Of a DNA stretch of 64,000 nt, positions 34,530 to 44,980 are shown in pieces (the stretch's first letter is position 1; each line of letters starts with the position of its first letter). The position numbers were made by a program, and so were the translations under genes. The DNA is from Minutocellus sp. GHC0000111 (Eukaryota), in contig OZ361261.1 of the NCBI GenBank assembly GCA_977018835.1, positions 434,001 to 498,000 on the forward strand, given 5' to 3'. The notes beneath the pieces are model-generated. The model was given only the letters and a program-made list of their open reading frames with translations, ran no database searches and was not told the origin of the DNA.

Positions 34530-35924
34530 TCACTTCCAGAACATTGAGCCCTGGAGCTCATGCAATTCTTGAGCGTACTCATACAGCCGCACGTCAAATG
34601 TATTTTGATCCCATAGTGCCTTCCATTCCGAGGAGCCTTCACGCACTCTCGGGTGGTTCACTTTCCCCTCCCAACCCCAACCTAATAATCTCTCGACGCA
34701 GCGTTCGCCCCATTCGCCCTGACTTTCCAGAACAATGTTCCATCCCAGAAAGTGAACGAACCGATGAAAACTTTCCTCCTTCTTTTCTAGCAGTCCGACC
34801 ATCACTTTTGTTCGTAGTACCTCCCTCGCCACAGCCTCGTCCTGAACCGGTAGCTCGCCATTAATCTTTCCGCTGAGATACCGCGTCAGCCAGTTGTTCT
34901 CGGCAAGGTCCGATCTGGCATACTTGTCCAACGAATCCAGACCAAACCGTGCCAGTTCAATCTGCAGCTTCTTATCTTGCAACATGCGGTAATACAAACT
35001 GGCTCCGCGATCGATCGGATGTCTCAAAAGAGCAAACGCTCGGCCTCGGTTAGATGAGTCGAAGAGTTGCGACACTTCCTGAAGATATGACGATACAATT
35101 AGATCAAGAGGACGGAACTTTGCAAGATGCAATGCCTTGGCGCGTTCCAGCCCGAAAGGCGACGTTGTGTCAACGTTGACGTATTTCTGCCCCTTATCAT
35201 CTGCTACCACCATGAGCGTATTGCCAATATTTTCCTTGCTGGTTCCAAGCACTCCACGCTCGGAAGCTATTGTAAGCCCCAGACATTGTGAGGCAATGGT
35301 CTTCATCGTCGCTCCGCCTGATCGTGGTATGTGCCAGTATAGTGGCAAATCCTTTTCGGTAATTTCGTTGGACGTGTCGGCAAGATTGACCAACGCGGCA
35401 GGGATGGGCACACTCCGACCCAGGTATATGGTTGGTTTCGACGGATCGGACTCGAGAGTCATGGTATTATTTTGTTCCCAACCCAAGGCAGATGTCTGTG
35501 TGAACGAACCTCGCTTATTGTTGAAGCCACTGGTATCTCTTATTCGTTTTCTTCGACTGGTGACCGGCATGGCATCGCTGCTTCTTTCCGGTGGTCCCTG
35601 AACAACATTTGCCATTTCCAGCGCCTTGCGAGTTGTGAACAGGCACGCACTGGATGCAAACAGCAGTACCATGATGCGCTTCCCCTTCGCTGTGGCATTG
35701 AGCGCCCGCGTTTGTCTCTGTTCGTCGTTTTCGAGTTTGCCCAATGTTGCATCGGCATCTTTGGCATCTCCATTTAAAAGCTTTGCAAGTTCGTCGTGTT
35801 GTTGGTGGTGGTGTTTGTTGGGCGGTTCCTTCACCGGTTTGCGATGCCGCCGTATCCTTGACCTCATGGAGTCATGGAACGGCGTCGCTATTGTACGCAG
35901 CATCGACGCGGTCGTTTGTACCAT
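34530..35924 (-). CDS. Golgi-type sulfotransferase-like protein
   Basis: Motifs YWHIPRSGGATMK, LLRHPIDRGASLY, ENNWLTR and N.FDVRLY. Confidence 0.85.
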   Translation of the reverse strand: MVQTTASMLRTIATPFHDSMRSRIRRHRKPVKEPPNKHHHQQHDELAKLLNGDAKDADATLGKLENDEQRQTRALNATAKGKRIMVLLFASSACLFTTRKALEMANVVQGPPERSSDAMPVTSRRKRIRDTSGFNNKRGSFTQTSALGWEQNNTMTLESDPSKPTIYLGRSVPIPAALVNLADTSNEITEKDLPLYWHIPRSGGATMKTIASQCLGLTIASERGVLGTSKENIGNTLMVVADDKGQKYVNVDTTSPFGLERAKALHLAKFRPLDLIVSSYLQEVSQLFDSSNRGRAFALLRHPIDRGASLYYRMLQDKKLQIELARFGLDSLDKYARSDLAENNWLTRYLSGKINGELPVQDEAVAREVLRTKVMVGLLEKKEESFHRFVHFLGWNIVLESQGEWGERCVERLLGWGWEGKVNHPRVREGSSEWKALWDQNTFDVRLYEYAQELHELQGSMFWK

Positions 35925-36429
35925 GTTGGCTGGTCGATTAATTATGGTTTGCGAAATGAATGGGGGGAGATTGGGTGGGTGGGGCTAATGCTTGAACGAG
36001 GAAACGAGGAATGCATGTAATGACCGCTGCTGTATCTGCACAAGACGAAGTTCAGATGGGGCTCGCCGCAGCAGAGCCACAATTGTGTATGAATCTGCGA
36101 CTTGCACGAAACAGCTTGCTGGTAGTGGTGCCTTGGGCGGGTACGCCTGTCGTGCCGTTCAATTTGCGGTCATATCAAACGGATATCAAGCCGCCGGTTG
36201 CGAATGACCATGGCGCAAGGTCCGGTCAAATGTACTCTTTCAATTGCGTACGTAGGCCTAGTACAGAGCCTACTACGTAGCTACGTTGTACCCCAGAAAA
36301 GCTCCCAAAAACCAGAAAACCCCAAATGTAGTTGATGGAAATCGACCCGTTTGATGAAACGCTCCCCCCCGTTTGATGGAATTTGACCGCGTAAACAGTT
36401 AGTCGATCAAACGCTTCCGGGGCCATTTT

Positions 36430-36915
36430 ATGGCCCCGCTACACCGTGACAACATCGCTCGAGCTCTCTCTTGCATTAATAAATACCACCCAACCATGTC
36501 GCTTCCCAGCCGCGACACCGCAGCAGCCTCGCGGCCACAGCGCCGCAGCAGCGACATTGTCATAGAGAAGGGTGTGCGTGCGGGCGCAAAGCGATTCCGG
36601 CTGTGCTTTCCCGGCGTAAACAGTAAGAAGAAAAAAGGGTGGAAAGCCCAACCCGACGTTGGGTACTCTCTTTGCAACGATTTGCGGCCCAGTGCGGCAA
36701 GGAAAAGGAAGAAGCTGGGATACGATGATGCCACCAACCTCAACAATAGATTGAAGGCATACTATGCAATAAAATGTGGAAAGTACTCAGCGGATGACTT
36801 GAAAATTCAGAGCGCAGCCAATCTTATGAGCATGGGAGTGAGAGCTAAGGCTGGCACAACATCCACTTACTTTGATTTGGCGGTAGAGATTTACAACAGC
36901 GAGAACGGTGCCTAA
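36430..36915 (+). CDS. Small basic protein with an AP2-like DNA-binding pattern (element accessory ORF)
   Basis: FPGVNSKKKKGWKAQ...RKKLGY...AYYA resembles the AP2 pattern (Y/F)xGV...WxA...LGxF...AY. An AT-rich shared terminator region follows (36916-36997). Confidence 0.55.
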   Translation: MAPLHRDNIARALSCINKYHPTMSLPSRDTAAASRPQRRSSDIVIEKGVRAGAKRFRLCFPGVNSKKKKGWKAQPDVGYSLCNDLRPSAARKRKKLGYDDATNLNNRLKAYYAIKCGKYSADDLKIQSAANLMSMGVRAKAGTTSTYFDLAVEIYNSENGA

Positions 36916-36997
36916 AATAGTAACATGATAACCTATTTACATGAAAATACTAATGCACTTATGATATTATTATAAGTTACATAATACACATTTATGA

Positions 36998-38491
36998 TTA
37001 CAAGTTACCAGCACCAGCAACAGCCTCCTCGGTGGGAAACTCCGTTACAGCACGTGAACCATCGGCGACTGTCTTGAAAACGGCAATCTTTTTAATCTGC
37101 TCTACAATAGCAGGAGTTCCCTCTCTGTCCCCGTCTGCCATGTATTGCAAAAGAATTTCAAGGGCTGCCCACCTTCCAACTCTCTTCATGATGTGCAAGT
37201 CAGCACCACACATCCTCGCCCACAAAGTCCCGGAGTACCGGATCGAATGCGATGAGTACTCGAGCCACTTTTCATCCCCAGTAATTTCATAAGCTCTGTC
37301 AAAAACAATCTTGACATGCTGCTCATAGGTAGCAGCAGTGATATCAAATATTTTTTTGTCATCGTCGGCTAGTCCATTAGTCTCAAGGTAGTTGAACCAG
37401 TCCAACAAGAGATAGACAATGTCAAACCTAGCCTGATTCTCAATAGTGTTGCTGTGGAATCGAATGGGATACTGTGCATCAACAAATCTTATGTTTCGGC
37501 TCTTCCAATTTCTCCAAACAAGCCTTATCCAGTGAGGCAGAGTCGATCCTGTGAAGTATTCATCTTCCATCGGCGGGTACTCCACCTCCTTCTGCAAAGG
37601 ACAATGTGTAGTAATGCAGGACGCCCGGCCCATCACGTTGAGCTGGAGCATCATCATCACCCAAGTGCGTTTCTTAACCTCTTCGTGCTTCCGAGGATGG
37701 TTCATGCAAGCGTCATGTAGAAGCGGAAGCTCGGTGATGAGAAAGGACGGTGCAGACTTTTTGGTGCGAAAATGACCACGCATCCATTTCTTTATCTCCG
37801 ACGAAAGCGTTGCGTCCTTTCGATCAAGTTTTGGCCCACCAAAAAGAACTGAAATGGAAGATATTGCAGCAAGTTTCAGCCCCAAAGTGCCCCAGTTGTT
37901 ATTTCTGCCTGCGACGTTTACACCACCAAAATTGGTCGTCGTGCTTGGTGATGAGTGAAGGTAACTGCACCAGTCCACGACGGCACCGGCATCCGGCGCC
38001 ATCCACCGCAACCGTCGCACCTGTCCCTCTTCAAGATCTTCGTCGGTAACGTGCGCCGGCACAATATCCTCGAGGCGGAAGGAGCCATTGTCGTACGCTT
38101 CGATCTGTTCCTTGACCTGAACGATGTACTTGGTGTATTCGTTCTCGGGCATGTGCTTGAGGAGGAAGCACTCCAACTCAGCGAAGTACTTCACCGCGCT
38201 AACTGTTATGGCGTCACTGCGGAAGCGATTGCAGTGCCTCTTCAGCGCGTCGATGTTCAGTATATTTTTGGAAGTGATGGCGTTATTCGGCTCGAAGTGG
38301 ATCTTCCATGCATAAAGTAGGACACACGCATTCGGCACCGTTTCCTTGTCGCTCTCGGTTGCCTCTCGCCAATGCTTGACCGCCTCGTCGTACACACGCA
38401 AAATGCGGAATTCCATGCCCTCCATCGGAGCAGGAGCAGGACGATTTCGGCCAGCATCGGCCCTTGCCCGAGAAGCGGAACGATCTGCCAT
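36998..38491 (-). CDS. Tyrosine recombinase/integrase
   Basis: Catalytic residues appear in order: R (MGRAS), K (NWKS), HxxR (HSIRYSG), W (GRW) and Y (QYM). The ORF is uninterrupted, and the first ATG is at 38491. Confidence 0.85.
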   Translation of the reverse strand: MADRSASRARADAGRNRPAPAPMEGMEFRILRVYDEAVKHWREATESDKETVPNACVLLYAWKIHFEPNNAITSKNILNIDALKRHCNRFRSDAITVSAVKYFAELECFLLKHMPENEYTKYIVQVKEQIEAYDNGSFRLEDIVPAHVTDEDLEEGQVRRLRWMAPDAGAVVDWCSYLHSSPSTTTNFGGVNVAGRNNNWGTLGLKLAAISSISVLFGGPKLDRKDATLSSEIKKWMRGHFRTKKSAPSFLITELPLLHDACMNHPRKHEEVKKRTWVMMMLQLNVMGRASCITTHCPLQKEVEYPPMEDEYFTGSTLPHWIRLVWRNWKSRNIRFVDAQYPIRFHSNTIENQARFDIVYLLLDWFNYLETNGLADDDKKIFDITAATYEQHVKIVFDRAYEITGDEKWLEYSSHSIRYSGTLWARMCGADLHIMKRVGRWAALEILLQYMADGDREGTPAIVEQIKKIAVFKTVADGSRAVTEFPTEEAVAGAGNL

Positions 38492-38835
38492 TGCTGCCGA
38501 GAGTGTGACGAACAAGGAGCCACCATCGCTCCTGCGAATGGCACGTGTCTTGCTCGAAAAACGACTGGTGGTCAAAAACTGTCGATGTGACGTGTCAAAA
38601 CACATCTTGTGCCGTATCTTTTCCTATCCACTAGCTAGGGCAGATGCTGCCGCCGCTAAGCGATCAACCTGACGACTTTGTCGCTTCGTATCTCGAGCAA
38701 TATTTGGATTCATGCATCAAGCGACGCATGGAGTTCATCGGCAAGACGAGATGAGGCCAAATCCGGTGTCTTTGGGGGGGTTTACGGGCATTTATGTTCC
38801 GTTTGATCAAATAGTGACGTCATCCAAGCTACCTA

Positions 38836-39630
38836 ACGTTGTACCCCAGAAAAGCTCCCAAAAACCAGAAAACCCCAAATGTAGTTGATGGAAATCGACC
38901 CGTTTGATGAAACGCTCCCCCCGTTTGATGGAATTTGACCGCGTAAACAGTTAGTCGATCAAACGCTTCCGGGGCCATTTTGTGGCCCCGCTACACCGTG
39001 ACAACCCAAACAACATCGCTCGAGCTCTCTCTTGCATTAACAAACACCACCCAACCATGTCGCTTCCCAGCCGCGACACCGCAGCAGCCTCGCGGCCACA
39101 GCGCCGCAGCAGCGACATTGTCACAGAGAAGGGTGTGCGTGCGGGCGCAAAGCGATTCCGGCTGTGCTTTCCCGGCGTAAACAGTAAGAAGAAAAAAGGG
39201 TGGAAAGCCCAACCCGACGTTGGGCACTCTCTTTGCAACGATTTGCGGCCGAGTGCGGCAAAGAAAAGGAAGAAGCTGGGATGCGATGATGCCACCAACC
39301 TCAACAATAGATTGAAGGCATGCTGTGCAATAAAATGTGGAAAGTACTCAGCGGATGACTTGAAAATTCAGAGCGCAGCCAATCTCATGAGCATGGGAGT
39401 GAGAGCTAAGGCTGGCACAACATCCACTTACTTTGATTTGGCGGTAGAGATTTACAACAGCGAGAACGGTGCCTAAAATAGTAACATGATAACCTATTTA
39501 CATGAAAATACTAATGCACTTATGATATTATTATAAGTTACATAATACACATTTATGATTACAAGTTACCAGCACCAGCAACAGCCTCCTCGGTGGGAAA
39601 CTCCGTTACAGCACGTGAACCATCGGCGAC
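38836..39630 (+). mobile_element. Truncated tandem second copy of the YR element (direct repeat of 36283-37069)
   Basis: About 790 bp near-identical to copy 1, with 11 substitutions, a 1-bp indel and a 9-bp indel. It includes the accessory ORF (ATG->GTG) and the last ~24 YR codons, then stops abruptly. Confidence 0.95.
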
Positions 39631-41642
39631 CAACCTCGGCGCCGACGCCGTATTCCAGCAACGTGACGGCGGTGCCACCGCCGCTACCACCGGGACCACG
39701 GACCAGTTCCAGTTCCGGCACGGCCGCCCGGGCCCACGCCTACGCGTCAAGTCGGATGGCCTCGTCGAGCTTTGGGGATTTTCACGTCGGTCATTTAAAC
39801 GGCGGCGCCGGGAGCTCTGCTTCGGCGGTGTATTATTCCGGCAATTCGTCGGCCACAACTGCCGACCACGTGTCGTCGGCTGCTCCAATGTCGAGCGTCG
39901 GAATACCGTCGCAGCAGCGATCGCTAAGCACGGACGATGCCGACATTGCCGCTGGGCTCTACGTGGGCGGTGGCAGAGGACGGCACGTCGCTGCATCGAC
40001 GTCGTCCTCGAAGCATCAGCAACACCGCAGCAGCACCGGCGCTCGTCGCCGGGCGCCGCGGCAGAATGCTCTGGATGCCTTCCGGGATTCCGAGGCGGAC
40101 TTTTTGAAGCTCAGCAGCGTCGGCAGCGTGGCGGGCAGTACTGGCACGGCGGGATACATGAGCGGGGCCGAGAGCAGCATCGGGACCATACCGACCCCAC
40201 CCACCAGTGGCAACATGGTCTTGAACTTGCCCACCTTGGACAGCAAGGGCGAGGGCGGTGGGAAGGGCGCGGATATCGACCACCGGGAGCAGATACTTGT
40301 CCTTGGCATTGATATTTCGCACCTGTCTCGGAAGAAGCAGTTCATCTATTGTGCTGGCGGAGTGTTTTTCTTTTTCGTTGCTCTATGGGTTCCTCCAGGA
40401 ACTCATTAGCGTGACATTGTGCTGTCGACAGCTGGGACTCTTCTTAGCAGTGGCGCAATTTTCGGGATATACCTTCTGGAGCTATCTATTGCGAGAGTAT
40501 GTCAATGAAAAATAGGCCCGGCACCGAAGAAGAAGCATGAGGATGAATGGCGATGGTGGTGGCAATCATGCATTGGAGTTGGATGGCGGTGCACATGGAG
40601 AATCGCCATCGGCTATATGTTGGCGCAACGGGTCCAGTATAGTTCGATCTATCTTCAGAAGAGGTGGCAAATCACCAAGTGCTGGGAAGAAGGGACCCCA
40701 GGGCAAGGGAACTATTCCCGTTCCTATCGCAACTTATCTCGGCCTTTCCATCTTACGTGCAATTGATCTCGGTGCTACCAATCTGGCAATGCAATATGTC
40801 ACGCCAAGACCCTCATGAAGTCTGCCAGGGTCGTCTTCACTATGCTCTTCGGCGTTATCGTAGCCAAGCGTCGATATCAGCTCGGTGACTACGCCGTCGT
40901 AATGATCATGGTCGCTGGTCTTGCCCTCTTTATGCATGCCGATGCCAACTCGAGCGCCGTCTTTCAGCCCTTTGGCATCATGCTCCTCGTCCTTTCGCTC
41001 AGCTGCGATGGTGCTATATCCAACGTGTCCGAGAATTTAATGAACCAGCTTGGTGTCGGCCAAGACGAATTCATCTTCCGATTGTACAGTATCGCTACTC
41101 TTGCCATTTTAGCCGCGGCAACATTCAAGGGTGACATGACAGAGGGAGCTAGATTCCTTTTCCTTCCTGGAACTTACGATGAGATCAACAATGGCGAAGA
41201 GCCTACGTGGTCAGTGGCTAGAAAAATATTTGTCGTGGTTCTTTTTTCTACCATGGGATTTTTCGGTTCTAGCTGTTCCGCTGCCATTACCAAGCACTTT
41301 GGTGCCCTTACCATGTCTATTACCTCTACCGCAAGAAAGGCAACAACACTTTTCCTTTCGTTTGCTTTCTTCAATAACGTCTGTACCCTCGAGCATATTA
41401 GCGGTATTGTTCTCTTCATCACAGCACTCATCATGAAGAGTCTCAGAGCGAGTCGAAAGGGACGTCATCGTAGTCATTCCAGGAAAAAGCGACTGCGAAG
41501 ATCACCAGAAAGAACACCACTTGTGAACTCCACGAGTAGCATTGAAATTGGAAGTGGAGGTGCCGATGCTGCTGCACTTCATCAGCGAAGGACTGGCAAC
41601 AGCCCTATGCGCCATCCCAATCGTAGCTCCAATGTTGTATAA
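39631..41642 (+). pseudogene. SLC35B-family (PAPST2-like) nucleotide-sugar/PAPS transporter pseudogene
   Basis: Motifs VLGIDISHL..QF..GGVFFF/SLLYGFLQELI, TNLAMQYV..AKTLMKS and FGAL..ITSTARKATT. The 5' end is replaced by element DNA. Lesions are a +1 shift near 40375, TAG at 40513-40515 and a ~7-nt loss near 40800. Confidence 0.8.
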
Positions 41643-42574
41643 TAGTATAATGCTTGTGTAAAGTAAAAGGATTTTGCGCACATGTAAAGTTGATATATTG
41701 GCCAATTACCGGTACCGGCGCTGGTACCGGTAGATAGCAGCCAGCCAGTCCTTGGCTTTTCAATTCTTGCTTTGCAATGCTCGCTCGGCACAGCCCCATC
41801 TCGTCTTGTTTCGCCGGTCGGATGAAGCGTTTTTCGGCAGAAGACGAACACTTCACGAAGAAACCCACCAAAACCCAATCTCGTTCGTCACCCATTCTTT
41901 GACCGTCCAACACCATGGTGGTCCGTCGGCGTTGCGCCGGCGCATAACTATATTTTCGTACCAAACACGCATTCATTATCATGTTTGGATGTAGTTGAAG
42001 CTTACTGCATCCTCAGATTGGCCTCCGCTGCGTATCAACGCCACGAACCATCGGCCTACTTTTCCTCCATCTGTCGGCCGTTCGTTTCTCTGGGGTGGTA
42101 CCATTGCTCCGTCTTTGTGCTCGTCGTGCTCCCGTTGTGATGCCCCAGACCCTCTGGTACTTTCCCACGTTGCTGTTGATGATAAACTGCCGGGATTGCG
42201 CCGCACCCCCCGCATGACCGACTCTCGCTGATCCCGACCGATCGCATCCCCACTCGACCTCCCCCGGAATTCCGACAATAATTTTGCGCCCGAGGAGAGA
42301 CAGATAGTATTGGGATAAGTTTATGCAACAATCAACCCGACAAAGGGACTTTTTGGTCTGGGAGATAAATGGGTGAGTTAAGAAGGACGTGATGTGTTTG
42401 TTTGGGTGTACTATTTACTTTTTTGCTCAATCGCGACACATGCTGTTTGTAAAAGTTGGATTATTGTGCAAAATTCATTTGTTGTTGTGTAGTAGTAGTG
42501 TAATTTCATTTTCTAATTTTATACATGCCCTGCTCCCATCTCTACATCCTCATCTCCATCGGTGGCCATCATGA

Positions 42575-44364
42575 TCATTTGTTGGCGCTTGTCATCAGTT
42601 TCTGCTTTTTAACAGCTTCGGTCCTAGTCCTTTTCCTTGTTCTTGCCACCCGAGAGTTTCGCTCCCGCCTCTCCTCGACCTTTGGATTGGATGCCCTCTC
42701 CTCAGCCTTGAACTGCGCCGTCTGTTGGGCCTCATGTCCCTTGACGCCCTGAGTCCGACGATCTTCCTTAACGCCCTCTTGGTGGGCTCGCTCTACAAAC
42801 GATTCGTCGAGCCAACAGATGCCGCCCCATCCATTCTTCACTAGCCAAATGTGTTGGTCCAAGATGTGATCTTCGAGTAAGTGCCACTTGGGCGTCATGC
42901 TAATACCGATTGCCCGTGCTTGCTTGAGGGCACTTGCAATCAATGCTTCAAGCTCTCTCACAGCCTTCTTTGCCTCTCATCATCCCATTTCATGCACCAT
43001 TTCAGAAACCTGGAATGTGTTGCGTCAAGAGTGTGGAGCAAATTAGAGCAAGCTTTGCAGAGCTCTTTGATGTCGTCATCCGTCATGCCATCTTCCTCGC
43101 GATTGTGCTCTAGGAGAGTTCCTTTGGTGGAGGTGTTGTGGTGGATGAACTCTGTTGTCCTTGGTTTCTTCTTGTTGTTGCCATCAGAAATGTTAATAGA
43201 TAAAGCTCTCCAGCATTCTGCCAGCACTGCCCTTATTTTACCTGAGTCGGCCGCCTCAATGCCGGCCTTTTTCAGGAAATGGAAGTGAGGGGCATCGTCA
43301 TCCTCGGCATCATCGACAGCTCCCATCTCTGGCTCGCCATCACCGTGCTTCTGACGATTCTTCTCAAAGTGCTGCTGCATGCATGCTTCATGTGTAGCGT
43401 CCTCTCTTGCAATGTCAGCTTCGTCCTCATAACAGGGCACACAGTCCTCGTCTTCGTCGTCATCGTCCTCACTGATCTCGCCGGCCTCCGTCGTGGTCAG
43501 GGTGCCCACCGTCCCAACATCGTCGTCATTGTCCCACCCATCGTCCTGGCCGTTGTGCCCACCAGGGAACTTCTGGGCCTCGAGCAACATCTGCCTGTTG
43601 ATTTCGTAGTCCATCGCCGCATGTCCCACCGATATATGTGGTGCGACCGACTTGAGGAATGCATTACATGCCTTCGTCAAATTGAGCCGCGGCGGCGGTG
43701 TTTCGAGGCGAAATTGTTGCTCGACCGTGACCATGTCACGTCGAAAGCCAGCCATCCATCATCATGGAGAGCGTCGGCTGCACGAGGATTGATGGAACCG
43801 AGGCGAACAAATATGCTCTTTTTGCATGGGGTTCGCTGAACGTCGTCGGCAAGGCAGTGTCTTGACACCATTTCATCCCATCCATTCTGGTTGTCTGTCC
43901 TCACAAAAAACACATCGCAGTCTTCGTGTTTCTTCTTCTTCAAACCCAAGATGCCCGCAGTGCACATGACGGCGCCGTACATGATGGGACTGCATCCCAA
44001 CACATTCATCAAGGAGTCGTTGTTGTTGCCGATGAAATTGTAGTAATGAAGTTCCTTTCTGCGAAGACGGACGAGCAGTTCAGCCAGGGCGTCCTGCACC
44101 GCAACTCTGTCTGCGGTGTTGACCGCGGGATTGCGGCCGTTATTTTTTTTTAAACCAGCGAAAAAGCTGAAGACGATGGAGACTAATTGTCAGCCTATCT
44201 TCATCTGGAGTAGCTGATTTTGCGCTCATACAGTCAGCTAGCTCCTTAAAGGTTGCCATCGCACCCTTCATCCGAGTAGCATGCGAGTTGGTCCGGCCGG
44301 TTTTAGGTGAGGCACTCCCCGAATAATTGTCAAAAAGTTCCTCTAATCTTTTGGTTTGATTCAC
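42575..44364 (-). mobile_element. Degenerate, internally deleted transposase-like gene (Transib/RAG1/Chapaev-like C-terminal motif)
   Basis: Four consecutive frameshifted ORF pieces. The last has TPKWHLLEDH..G..DESFVERAHQ (H-x4-H followed by an acidic catalytic-type E). The region is too short for a full DDE core and is depleted in Tyr. Confidence 0.55.
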
Positions 44365-44942
44365 TCGACTGATTTAAAATCGCCGACTTCACCGACCATC
44401 ATTGCCATCAACCCCGAGAATTCCCTGAGAAGAGATCTCTCATCTTGACTCATAACCTGATCGAGGTCGATCATCCCTCATCCCCAAAACGAAACGATGG
44501 CGCCATTCATCGGCTCGCATCAACTCTCTCAGTAGAGATGAGGAGTTGCGCTCTCTTCGGTCCATAAAACAGACCATGCAGAGTATTTTGTGAGCTCGTT
44601 GCCTCTGTGTCACCAAAATTGATGGAGGAGATAGCTCCACAAATTTGGTGTGGCGGAAGCTGTGGCGGGCGCGCCACCGCCGCCACTATTATGCCCGAGA
44701 GGCGGATGATTATGATGGCCGAGCTCGTCATTCCATCACTCCCTCCACCCATGGATCAGCCAGATATTAGCATGTGCGAGGACTTTTTCAACTTTGAAAA
44801 AGTGCTGGCACAGGTGGTGTCGTGTCAAGGTCGAGCCTTTGCTAGCTGATCGCCTTCATCTTTCGTCGCGGCATCATTTATTTATGCCACCGACCAGCGC
44901 GAACAGCTGGAATGACATCTGTCAGGGAATACTTTTCGAAGG

Positions 44943-44980
44943 GACCAGCCCATCCCAGAATTTTCTGGGACGAGCTGGTC
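44943..44980. repeat. 18-bp-stem inverted repeat followed by a T-rich tract
   Basis: GACCAGCCCATCCCAGAA-TT-TTCTGGGACGAGCTGGTC, with 16 of 18 positions paired. Confidence 0.8.

Larger units (their letters stand above)
36279..38832. mobile_element. Crypton-like tyrosine-recombinase element, apparently full length (~2.55 kb)
   Basis: YR ORF plus a convergent small ORF, with no RT/RNaseH and no long TIR. It is bounded by the 6-bp direct repeat AGCTAC (36279-36284 and 38827-38832). The left end is defined by where the repeat copy begins. Confidence 0.75.

Noticed and set aside
36283..39630. The ~790-bp direct repeats read as LTRs or as DIRS/Ngaro split repeats
   Set aside because: There is no gag, RT or RNaseH and no TG..CA ends. 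The repeat includes coding sequence and ends mid-gene, which fits a truncated tandem copy better.
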